From NCBI RefSeq assembly GCF_001644705.1, contig NZ_CP015137.1:2280001-2312000 (forward strand): 32,000 bases of DNA. Direction: 5' to 3'. Below are positions 17,822 through 25,975 of this stretch, piece after piece. The position numbers were made by a program, and so were the translations under genes. A model generated the notes under the pieces. It ran no database searches, was not told where the DNA came from, and saw only the letters and a program-made list of their open reading frames with translations. The first letter of the stretch is position 1, and each line of letters begins with the position of its first letter. The DNA comes from Dickeya solani IPO 2222. GTDB lineage: Bacteria; Pseudomonadota; Gammaproteobacteria; Enterobacterales; Enterobacteriaceae.

Positions 17822-18397
17822 ATTTCCCCCTGTCATCACTTTTGTGTCTTTTTACGCGAAACTCACCTGGTGGGGATATATGTTAACGTTTTTACCGCTT
17901 GCTTTTCCAGCGTGATTATTTGCGTCCATTTAAGGAAAGTTTATTTTCATTAGTTGACATATTATTTCCTTTTCTATCCTCATTGTGGCGGCTGCCAACA
18001 GGACAATTCCCTCTGCTGTCGTAGTAAAACCCGTCTGGACTGGTACAGGTGGTCCGACGTGGTTAACGGTCATGCACCGTCTGGTCGGTGTTTTTTGGGC
18101 ATAAAGCGGCGGTATGATTAATTGGCGGACAGGGTTGCCGCCATAAATATTGACGTCGATTTGGCAAGGGGCGTGATGTGCTGTAATCCCTGCTTTCCGA
18201 CATACCGTTTCCACCTGACGAGGCCGGCTAGGGTATTCAGACGATGTGCGTGAAGGTGATACTAAAAAAGTATCAATCACGATGAGAAACTGTGTTTAAT
18301 TGATGAAAGTATTAGCGTGGTAATGATGTATTCGTTTTGTCATTGTCATCTGATAGAGCTGCACGGATGATAACAAACTGAAAAAAGGGACTGACAT

Positions 18398-21085
18398 ATG
18401 CAGAAAAACACGATGTTCAGACAGACGTTGCTGGTTGCGCTGGTGCTGGCGGTTACAACGGCAAACCATGCGGCGATTGCCGCGGAAAGTTCGGGGTCAG
18501 GAGCCACGGCGTCATCGGCCGCGGCCGCGGCGGTTGGGACGATTGATCAGGTTTCGTTTGGCAACAGCGCGTCGGAGAAAAGCCATAGTCTGATCGACAA
18601 TAACAGCCAGACGCTCTCCGGCGGGCTGGGCGAATCCGCCCGCAAATTACTGCCTCTCAGCCCGGCGGGCGTTTACGGCGGCAGCCTGACGGTTACCCTG
18701 CGGGTGGATCCGCTGCGCCGTAACTACGTTTCCGTCAAGCTGTGGGGAGAAGATGACGGTAACTACGATACCGGCCGCCTGTACTTGTATATCGTCAGGG
18801 ATGGTGTTGACTATCAGGTCGGCTACCGTCACGAAGGCGACTATGCGCCGCTCAGCGTTACCCATTGGAATAAGCCGTTGCCTGGGCGCTTCTTCTACTC
18901 AACCACCTTGCTGCCTTATGCGATGACCAAAGGAAGCAGTACCGTTACCCTGAAAATCGTTTCTACCGGCCGTCTCTATCCGTTCGGCAACGGCGGCCCG
19001 GATGCCAGCAATCCGTATCAGTACGCGATGAATGTGCCGAGCCGCGGGATTTACCGGGCTTACACCCATGTTGAGCCGTTCCTCGACGTTTCGGGCGAAA
19101 GGCAGGGCAGTGCGCCGGCGGTCAGCACCCGTCCTTCTCCGGGCGATGAGATGCTGGGCGCGAATGGTTCGTTCCGCGTTGCCATCAATAACCGCATCAC
19201 CAGCCTGCTTGGCAAGGAGCCGACAACTGCGGATCTCTCCGGCGGAGATCTGCGGTATCTCGCTCATGCGTACGCCATTCCGGAACTGAAAAGCTACCAA
19301 AATCCGGCGGTGGTGAGCCAGGTCGTCGCCACACTGGATGCTTACGCCGCGCAATACTATGCCGACAACAACACCGTGAAAAATTGGGGGGGAAATTTTG
19401 GCTCGCAGGGTCAGGCGATCTATTACCTGCGCGAGATGCTGACTGCCGATATCCTCAATGCATCTGTCAGTTATGGTGCTGCCGGTACTAAAAAACGCCG
19501 TATCGCCTGGGCCGATATGCTGTTTGCCAGCCGTGAGTACGGCCGGTTGCAAAATCGCCTGAGATTGAGCAACCAGAACCTGATAGCCAATACCAGTATC
19601 TACTTCGCCAACAAAGGTATGCTGGTGCTGAAAGATTCGCGCGCTTTCCCGGAGGAAACCGCGCAGCGCTATATCAAGGAAGCTGTCGGGCTTTTAGCGT
19701 GGAGCGGTGATGATAAGGCGGACAGTAATGGTAATGGCCTGCCGGATGATGGCGGTTGGAAACCGTTTGGCAGCAACTACTATCAGGTCACCGACAAAGG
19801 CCAAACCCGCGAGTGGGGCTATGTCGGCGCGGGGTATGGGGAAGTGCAGTCGTATCTGGCGGAATATTATCGTGTCACCGGTAATGAGGATTTCCGCACG
19901 CAGATGGTGAAAATGACCAAAGCGCGCGCGCCGTTCCGCCGTCCGGCGATTGAAATCGGTAATGGCGCCACCTACCGTTCGATGGAAGCGATTGGCCTGC
20001 TGGCCTGGCGCGGCGCGCATGAAAGCGACGGCAATTTCGCTGGTTACATCGCTTATGCCGACGCGGTGAATACCAACGAACGCGCTAAGGCGTTGCGTGT
20101 CGCCGCCGCCAGCAAAGATGCGACGCTCATGGGTTACGCCAGACAAATGCTGGACGATAATCAGTTCTTCGCCAACCTGGGTGGGTCGGAGTCCGCGTTT
20201 GAAGCGCTGGACGTATTCGCCGATTATCAGACGATCAAAGCGGCGAGCGACAGCGGTGTCCGTCTGCCGATGACGGACGGACAGCCTGACTTTGCCTGGG
20301 TGGATGAAGAGAACGCTATCGCCGCGATCAAAAAGGGAGATGAACGCCTGTGGCTGAGCGCTTACTGGGAGGCGAAAGCGGGGACGGGCATCAACGGTCT
20401 GGCGCGTTTCCACTTTAGTACGTCCGGCTATGACCAATATGGCGTACTGGAAACCACGCCGATCTTCCGATCGACCTCGGTGTATGCGCGCCCCAACATC
20501 ATCGATATGCCGGAGAAAACCCCTTACACACCGCCCAACCCGCCGGATAACGCCTATGCCGGCGAGCTGCTGCCGCTGGGGTCGACGCCGACCGATGCGT
20601 CCAGTGATGATCCGTTCCGGGGGAAGGCCGACTTTTATGCTTTGCGCTTCGGCCACTATCTGATGGGGATTAACGCCAACGCCAGCAATAGCTACGTGCT
20701 GAAAACGCCGGTCGGCTTCAACGCGGCGGAAGACTTGGTTTCGCAGCGAACGCAATCGGGCGATGTGACCGTAGGGCCGCGTACCAGCGTGGTGCTCTAT
20801 CTGGATGGTACCCGTGATGCTAAACCGGTGCCCGGCACACCGCTGTACCTGAAAGCGCAGAGCAGCAACGGCGTCACCGGACTATCCTGGACGGCAGCGT
20901 CTGGCGCCGAGCGCTACAAAATATTGCGTGCCACCGGTGAAAACGGTGACTACCAGACGGTTGCCACCGTGAGCGCTAACGCCTACAGCGACAGTTCAAA
21001 AGTACCGACTGGCGGCTACTACTACCGGGTTGTTGCCGTGAACGGCAATGGCGAAAGCTACCCATCAATGTGGAGCCATCCCTGA
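18398..21085 (+). CDS. Large exported protein of unknown function with a C-terminal fibronectin type III domain
   Basis: Signal peptide 'MFRQTLLVALVLAVTTANHAAIA'. C-terminal 'LSWTAASGAERYKILRATGENGDYQTVATVSANAYSD...YYYRVVAVNGNGES' is a classic Fn3 pattern. I saw no HExxH motif. Confidence 0.85.
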   Translation: MQKNTMFRQTLLVALVLAVTTANHAAIAAESSGSGATASSAAAAAVGTIDQVSFGNSASEKSHSLIDNNSQTLSGGLGESARKLLPLSPAGVYGGSLTVTLRVDPLRRNYVSVKLWGEDDGNYDTGRLYLYIVRDGVDYQVGYRHEGDYAPLSVTHWNKPLPGRFFYSTTLLPYAMTKGSSTVTLKIVSTGRLYPFGNGGPDASNPYQYAMNVPSRGIYRAYTHVEPFLDVSGERQGSAPAVSTRPSPGDEMLGANGSFRVAINNRITSLLGKEPTTADLSGGDLRYLAHAYAIPELKSYQNPAVVSQVVATLDAYAAQYYADNNTVKNWGGNFGSQGQAIYYLREMLTADILNASVSYGAAGTKKRRIAWADMLFASREYGRLQNRLRLSNQNLIANTSIYFANKGMLVLKDSRAFPEETAQRYIKEAVGLLAWSGDDKADSNGNGLPDDGGWKPFGSNYYQVTDKGQTREWGYVGAGYGEVQSYLAEYYRVTGNEDFRTQMVKMTKARAPFRRPAIEIGNGATYRSMEAIGLLAWRGAHESDGNFAGYIAYADAVNTNERAKALRVAAASKDATLMGYARQMLDDNQFFANLGGSESAFEALDVFADYQTIKAASDSGVRLPMTDGQPDFAWVDEENAIAAIKKGDERLWLSAYWEAKAGTGINGLARFHFSTSGYDQYGVLETTPIFRSTSVYARPNIIDMPEKTPYTPPNPPDNAYAGELLPLGSTPTDASSDDPFRGKADFYALRFGHYLMGINANASNSYVLKTPVGFNAAEDLVSQRTQSGDVTVGPRTSVVLYLDGTRDAKPVPGTPLYLKAQSSNGVTGLSWTAASGAERYKILRATGENGDYQTVATVSANAYSDSSKVPTGGYYYRVVAVNGNGESYPSMWSHP

Positions 21086-21325
21086 TAAAACAGAGCCGGC
21101 AACGGTTTCCTGACAGGGAGTGAACTCCTCGCCACACGTGTCTGCTCTGACGGCTGGCGCGTGTGGCATTCTACTCTTGCCGCCTTTTCGCATGTTCCTA
21201 CGTATTCCGTTGATTTCCTTTGCTCTCCGGCGTGTTCCTCTAACGAAATGGCTTTGCGGATGGTTTTCCTGCGCCGACTTCCTCGTGATGCCGCCGGAAT
21301 GCACCTGCCAGCCTCGTCCAAAAAG
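21084..21325 (-). ncRNA. Candidate GGA-rich small RNA (CsrB/RsmB-like RsmA sponge?). Hypothesis only.
   Basis: The minus strand carries 11 GGA triplets, mostly as AGGAA. There is a 10-bp hairpin (21131-21140 / 21158-21167) and a weak minus-oriented hairpin plus U-run at 21084-21112. A weak sigma70-like promoter is present (TTCAGT-17-TATCAC, minus strand, about 21330-21358). I see no credible CDS. Confidence 0.3.
21194..21240. repeat. Five consecutive 10-bp phased units, each containing T(T/C)TCC / TTCC
   Basis: The plus strand reads GTTCCTACGT ATTCCGTTGA TTTCCTTTGC TCTCCGGCGT GTTCCTC. TCC falls at 21196, 21206, 21216, 21226 and 21236. Confidence 0.7.
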
Positions 21326-21499
21326 ATGGGTGATAGTGGGTGCCAGTAATCTACTGAATACCCTGTTTTTTCATATTTCTGACATAAGACTGTGATATGG
21401 ATCGCACTTTTTGTGAAGTGAGGTATAGTTACTGTGGTGATAATTGACTTGTCATTTACGAACACCCTCAACAACGAAAATGTAAAAAAGGAAGCTACC

Positions 21500-21745
21500 A
21501 TGAATATGAAAACTGTCTTTACCGCCATCGCACTGAGCACACTGTCTGTCGGCGCTTTTGCTGCAACGGAAATCCAGTACCCGCAGGGTCAGGAAATCGG
21601 CAGCATCTCCGCCAGCGCCAACACGCTCGACAGCCTGCAGGCTCAACTGGCCTCCAAAGCGGATGCCGCCGGCGCCAAATCGTTCCAGATCACGTCTGTC
21701 CAGGGCGACGATACGCTGCACGGCAACGCGGTTCTGTATAAATAA
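21500..21745 (+). CDS. Small exported DUF1471 protein of the BhsA/YcfR/YdgH stress-protein family
   Basis: 'MNMKTVFTAIALSTLSVGAFA' signal peptide. 'GSISASA..LDSLQAQLASKADAAGAKSFQITSV.G..TLHGNAVLYK' closely parallels E. coli BhsA. SD 'AAAGGAAG'. Confidence 0.85.
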   Translation: MNMKTVFTAIALSTLSVGAFAATEIQYPQGQEIGSISASANTLDSLQAQLASKADAAGAKSFQITSVQGDDTLHGNAVLYK

Positions 21746-21836
21746 CGTTATCGATGAGGTTGGGAACCATACCCCTTGTCCTACCCTCAATCATCATGAG
21801 TACCCCCCTCCTTTGTGTCTGTTTTATGCTGTTATT

Positions 21837-21860
21837 AACCGGGCTTCGCCCGGTTTTTTT
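21837..21860 (+). terminator. Rho-independent terminator
   Basis: AACCGGGC-TTC-GCCCGGTT stem-loop followed by a T7 run. Confidence 0.7.
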
Positions 21861-21882
21861 ATACCGATAGCCGCCAGAAATA

Positions 21883-22101
21883 TTATTCAATCCGGAATAT
21901 CTGGGGATATTTATCGCTGGCTTCTTCGTGGAAGATATCATCCAGCCAGACAGGAATTTCCTCTTCCGCCACATCATCTGGTATCACCACGTCGTGCAGA
22001 GGCGAATACTTTCTTTCATTCAGGTTGACGCGAAATACCAGCCACTGCTGCTGGTGTCGCTTTACCCCAATAATCCGGCCAAACACGTTATAAATCAGCA
22101 C
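21883..22101 (-). CDS. Small conserved hypothetical protein (72 aa)
   Basis: GTG start with SD 'GAGGA'. Acidic C-terminal half. I cannot name a family. Confidence 0.5.
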   Translation of the reverse strand: MLIYNVFGRIIGVKRHQQQWLVFRVNLNERKYSPLHDVVIPDDVAEEEIPVWLDDIFHEEASDKYPQIFRIE

Positions 22102-22439
22102 AGGTATTTCCTCTGGATATGAGCGGCGTGTGCCGTCAAGATTTAATGTGTTTATGTCGTTTTAACAAGGGAAATTACGTAGCGAAAAAACGAGCGTCGC
22201 ATTGATACAGCGGGAGTGCCGGGTGTTTTAACGTATTTGGACGACAGCGACGGTCTTGAAAACCGGTGATTGGGATGACCGACGTCAATGATGGGTTGCT
22301 ACATGGAGTGTAGGGTTATCACGGCATAATGATCGTCAGTGGTAAAGACAGTGTACCGGTTGATATATTATCACCGCAGCGTAGTCGATCTGCATGTCAG
22401 GTTACATAATATTCAATCAAATAACGCAAGGAGCTTAAC

Positions 22440-22856
22440 ATGCCAGGAGCGGCTCGCTTAAATGACATCGGAAGCGGACATGATTGCTTTCCCGATACCC
22501 CGGTAACAGAAGGCAGCACTGACGTATTGATTAATGGCCTCCCGGCCGCACGCGTTGGCGATACGGTAAAAATGCACGGATGTCCCTGTCCTCAGGGGCC
22601 TCATGGTGTGCATGGTAGAAAAATAGCATCAGGATCTTCTACGGTATCGATTAATGGGAAATCTGCCGCGCGAATAGGTGACGACATTGATTGTGGCGGC
22701 CTCCTTGTTTCCGGCAGCAGCAACGTCATTATTGGTGATATACCCTATAAATCTCCAGTGCAACACTGCGTTGAAGCGGCGGTAAAAAGGCGCGATCCTT
22801 TGATCTCTTTTTCAGATATCGTGGAGAATATCGCTCCTCCCCGGTGGAGCCGGTAA
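22440..22856 (+). CDS. PAAR-domain protein (T6SS spike tip) with a roughly 38-aa C-terminal tail
   Basis: 'INGLPAARVGD', 'INGKSAARIGD', His/Cys ligand pattern 'GSGHDC', 'HGCPCPQGPHG' and 'SSNVIIGD'. SD 'AAGGAG'. Confidence 0.9.
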   Translation: MPGAARLNDIGSGHDCFPDTPVTEGSTDVLINGLPAARVGDTVKMHGCPCPQGPHGVHGRKIASGSSTVSINGKSAARIGDDIDCGGLLVSGSSNVIIGDIPYKSPVQHCVEAAVKRRDPLISFSDIVENIAPPRWSR

Positions 22857-23008
22857 TGAGTAATACAACGTATCTGGTGCCAGTGGGCACTGGCGGTTTT
22901 GAGATTGCATGTCGATTTGGACCTGTTTGCGGGAATAATACTACCTGTATACCGGTCCGTATCACGCAGGTATGTCCTTTTCGAGATTATTCATTGTTTT
23001 TTAAATAG
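22856..23008 (+). CDS. Unlisted 50-aa Cys-rich ORF translationally coupled (TAATG) to the PAAR gene; possibly a 5' gene remnant
   Basis: Translated by hand: MSNTTYLVPVGTGGFEIACRFGPVCGNNTTCIPVRITQVCPFRDYSLFFK. It runs across the GC-to-AT composition break at about 22975 and overlaps the convergent gene by 22 nt. Confidence 0.3.
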   Translation: MSNTTYLVPVGTGGFEIACRFGPVCGNNTTCIPVRITQVCPFRDYSLFFK

Positions 23009-23478
23009 TTTTTTATATCCGAGTATGTTTTATACTTAAATGTGAATTTACTATTCTGATTGATACCATCAAACCCAGAGAGTTTATTATCTTTGGATAT
23101 CCGGTCATTTGACTTCAAAATTCCATTGTGAATACGATAACCTTTAATTTCATATAGCGTCCCATCAATATCAGCGCCGGGGTGATATTGTTTCCATGAA
23201 ACAAGGACTATAATATTTCTTGCTCTTTCTAAATTTATAAAGAAGACGGTATCTATATGCGCCTTACCGCCTTCTGGTTCATAAGTATCTATAATGTATT
23301 GCTTATCTTGATCTTTCTGCAATAGCACAACATTATTGTCATCTTTTTCAATAAACAGTATTTCTGATTTATTCTCTAACGAGAAAGGGCCGTGAACGAT
23401 CTTTGATGACCAAGAGAAAAATGGGATAAATAAAACAATAAGCAATAAATAGTTAGATGGAGTATTACATTTCATCAT
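22987..23478 (-). CDS. Exported hypothetical protein (163 aa), AT-rich island
   Basis: Start moved to 'MMKCNTPSNYLLLIVLFIPFFSWSS' (signal-like), which has SD 'AAGGTG'. No family recognised. Confidence 0.6.
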   Translation of the reverse strand: MMKCNTPSNYLLLIVLFIPFFSWSSKIVHGPFSLENKSEILFIEKDDNNVVLLQKDQDKQYIIDTYEPEGGKAHIDTVFFINLERARNIIVLVSWKQYHPGADIDGTLYEIKGYRIHNGILKSNDRISKDNKLSGFDGINQNSKFTFKYKTYSDIKNYLKNNE

Positions 23479-23506
23479 AACACCTTGTTGATTTACTCGT
23501 ATTAAT

Positions 23507-24241
23507 TTATTTCTCATCCAATGAGAAATCATCAGCGGTAACCCAGGCAATCAGTGCCTTACCGGATTTAATTTCATATCTTATTTTATAAAATAATCCA
23601 TTATCACTCATATCCAGCAGTTTAAAGCGATCTCCGGTGATCAGGTATGATTTTTTCTTATCCGTTATTATTGGAGAATTTAATAATGTTGTTTTCTCCA
23701 CTGATACTATACCAAACAGTGGTGTTCTCTCAGAGTAGATACTCCCATCATTTAGAATTTCAGTCTCGTTAGCTACATCCTCTTTAAAATAAGTGCGTTT
23801 AATCATACCACAACCTACACATGCATCGCGGAATATGAGCGTCCATTTATCATTTGATATCTGGTAAATATCTTCATTCCATTTCCCCTCATCTTTCCAT
23901 AAACTAATCACATTGTTTTTATTGACGGAGTAGTTGCATATGGATTTCTTTTCGGGTAGAACAGGTTTTTCATTTATTCCATTCTCTGTTATCAAGAATA
24001 GAATTGAGCATTTGTTAATGTCGCTATTTGTTGTTGCAATCAGGTACTTTCTTCCAGTAATTATTGCTGATGTTGTCTTTTCATAACCATTGTTAATCAT
24101 ATTTCTGATGTTATTGGGAACAGAAAAACCATCACAATAATCTTTACTACATAGAGTTTCATCTGCAAGTGTTGTGAATGAGATGAGGAAGAATAAAACT
24201 AAAAAAGTTCTCTTTAAGGTGGTGAGCTTCATCTTATTCAC
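23507..24241 (-). CDS. Exported hypothetical protein with an SH3b-like C-terminal segment
   Basis: Signal peptide 'LKRTFLVLFFLISFTTLADE'. C-terminal 'SYLITGDRFKLLDMSDNGLFYKIRY'. Confidence 0.7.
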   Translation of the reverse strand: MNKMKLTTLKRTFLVLFFLISFTTLADETLCSKDYCDGFSVPNNIRNMINNGYEKTTSAIITGRKYLIATTNSDINKCSILFLITENGINEKPVLPEKKSICNYSVNKNNVISLWKDEGKWNEDIYQISNDKWTLIFRDACVGCGMIKRTYFKEDVANETEILNDGSIYSERTPLFGIVSVEKTTLLNSPIITDKKKSYLITGDRFKLLDMSDNGLFYKIRYEIKSGKALIAWVTADDFSLDEK

Positions 24242-24280
24242 CTTGGCAATAGCTTGTTAGTTAAGCTTAAAATGTTATTT

Positions 24281-25225
24281 TTATAATGTTAGCTCTGAGC
24301 AGAGCATATTACCATCTGTATTTTTGTTCTTGTCTGAAACATACCTGACTCGACACCATTTATCATCATCCTGAATTGACAGTAAGGTAATGTTATCCCC
24401 CTTTATTAGGTAAGAGTTCTTGGGGTTTTTATTTTCATCATAGAAAAAAGATTTATCTGATTTTACTTTAAATGTTGAATATTTTTCACAATCATTAGAT
24501 TTCTTTCCATTTTCTACCACGATAGGTATCAATGATATTTGATCATCCTTATTTTTTTCTGCTTTGATATGGGCATTGTCCGCAGCTTTTGAGTTATATT
24601 CTAGCCACGTATTTTTATTGTATGACTGGCATTGCCCATGCTTATCAGTGAGTAATATTTGGTATTCATCGTTTAGCATGGCACTTTTATTTTTATATAT
24701 TTTATAAATTAAACTATCTTTCCCACGAAAGAGAATTAATGGAATGTAAGTTGTTTTTCCATTTAAAAAATAGGATGTATCTACCGTGTCAATATTATTT
24801 GATACATCATTAATTTGTTTTTCAACAAGATCCATATAATCATCTGAAACCGGTGTGTTTAACCCGCACAAGCCTTCTTTCGAAGCAACACCGTTTTGTT
24901 TGCTTTTTATATCGACATATAGACAGTCTGCATAAAAATTACCGTTTTTAAATTGCAATGTCATATAAGCGGTATAGTCATGCAAAGAACGGGCTGAGAC
25001 AATAATTGATGGTTTATTATTAAAAAATCCAAACGAAACAGCAGGATTACCGGTATAGTTTTCTTCAAAATTTAAAACCCCCTTTCCCTTTTCACTCACC
25101 GCATAGATTTCCCCTTTATTTTTATCGTAGCCGTAATTGATGTTCGATTCGTCAGCTATTGCTGAATTATTGATTAGTGAGCATAATAAGCATGCTGCTT
25201 TCATTTTCATGATTGACATTCTCAA
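24281..25225 (-). CDS. Exported hypothetical protein with an SH3b-like C-terminal segment
   Basis: Signal peptide 'MKMKAACLLCSLINNSAIADE'; the start could be Met1, Met6 or Met8. C-terminal 'SYLIKGDNITLLSIQDDDKWCRVRY'. Confidence 0.7.
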   Translation of the reverse strand: MRMSIMKMKAACLLCSLINNSAIADESNINYGYDKNKGEIYAVSEKGKGVLNFEENYTGNPAVSFGFFNNKPSIIVSARSLHDYTAYMTLQFKNGNFYADCLYVDIKSKQNGVASKEGLCGLNTPVSDDYMDLVEKQINDVSNNIDTVDTSYFLNGKTTYIPLILFRGKDSLIYKIYKNKSAMLNDEYQILLTDKHGQCQSYNKNTWLEYNSKAADNAHIKAEKNKDDQISLIPIVVENGKKSNDCEKYSTFKVKSDKSFFYDENKNPKNSYLIKGDNITLLSIQDDDKWCRVRYVSDKNKNTDGNMLCSELTL

Positions 25226-25282
25226 TACTTAAATGCGTTTATACTGGTGCTGACTAATTTTTATTATTTTGTTAATCGTAAA

Positions 25283-25669
25283 TTAGGGAAGTATACTGTC
25301 AAAGTACTTTATTTCATCCAGATAATTTTCGACGAGGCAATTGTTCATCCTAGTAGTTTCTGCATCTGTTTCTTTAGATTCAGAAATTTCAAACTGGCAT
25401 TTTTTTTCTATTGTCAAATCCCAAGATTTTCTCAGTTCAAAAATTAATCTTTTCTTTTCTGGGTTATCTTCAATGGTTTTTTTGATAGCCTGATCCAGTT
25501 TCTTAAGAGCAGTAGCTTTATCATTTTCTGATTTAACATCGATACTGTTTAACTCATTTTTTTCTTTTTCAGAAAAAGCAGAAAAACAGTGGGGTACATA
25601 AATAAATAACAAGGTTATTATGGTTATGAATTTTTTATTTCTGTTGTAATTCACCTTATAGATCTCCAT
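25283..25669 (-). CDS. Small exported protein, DUF1311/LprI (lysozyme-inhibitor)-like by motif pattern
   Basis: Signal 'KKFITIITLLFIYVPHCFSA'. 'L..L..AIKK......K..L...RKSW....EKKC ... NNCL.....DEI..F' resembles the DUF1311 L-x-Q-x-W-x-R-x-C ... C ... R core. The start is ATG 25669 or GTG 25654. Confidence 0.5.
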   Translation of the reverse strand: MEIYKVNYNRNKKFITIITLLFIYVPHCFSAFSEKEKNELNSIDVKSENDKATALKKLDQAIKKTIEDNPEKKRLIFELRKSWDLTIEKKCQFEISESKETDAETTRMNNCLVENYLDEIKYFDSILP

Positions 25670-25975
25670 AATAACAAATACTAATAGAATATTTTCCTTG
25701 AGCTGAATTTTATTGCCAGTCAGATGACAAGTCTAGTCTTTTAATAACTGATTACTATGATTATGGTACAGCATAGCAATGAAATGATGCAGTAAGTGAA
25801 ACTATTTTAATTGCAAGTCGTAATCAAAAAAGATAGATAACATAGTGTTAAGATAAAAGAACATCTGATAAGATACGATTGAATTAGAACCACCTTGCTA
25901 AAGGTGATATATCTCTCACTGGCTATCATATTCGATATTTTGTTTTTCAGATGAATTTTATAAAAGGAATTTTTT

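Noticed and set aside
17930-18280. 116-aa minus-strand ORF in the expI / 895-aa intergenic region
   Set aside because: It has no SD, no recognisable motif and odd Pro/Thr/Arg-rich composition. It sits in a promoter region serving two divergent genes. I treat it as non-coding.
18251-18280. CRP site at GTGAT...ATCAC
   Set aside because: The half-sites are about 14 bp apart rather than 6 bp, so this does not fit TGTGA-N6-TCACA.
18899-20755. Minus-strand ORFs of 217 aa and 353 aa
   Set aside because: They are antisense to the 895-aa exported-protein gene, which has a signal peptide and an Fn3 domain. Their translations are Arg-rich and low in complexity.
21380-21440. GacA/UvrY box (TGTAAG-N6-CTTACA) upstream of the candidate sRNA
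   Set aside because: There are only loose resemblances ('CATAAGACTGTG' and 'TGTGAAG...TTACTGTG') without proper dyad symmetry. It cannot be used as support for the sRNA hypothesis.
21058-21540. 160-aa minus-strand ORF (and smaller ORFs at 21065-21304, 21120-21395 and 21161-21349)
   Set aside because: It overlaps the ends of both neighbouring genes and has no SD or motif. Several mutually exclusive ORFs cover the same DNA. I interpret the region as non-coding (see the GGA-array finding).
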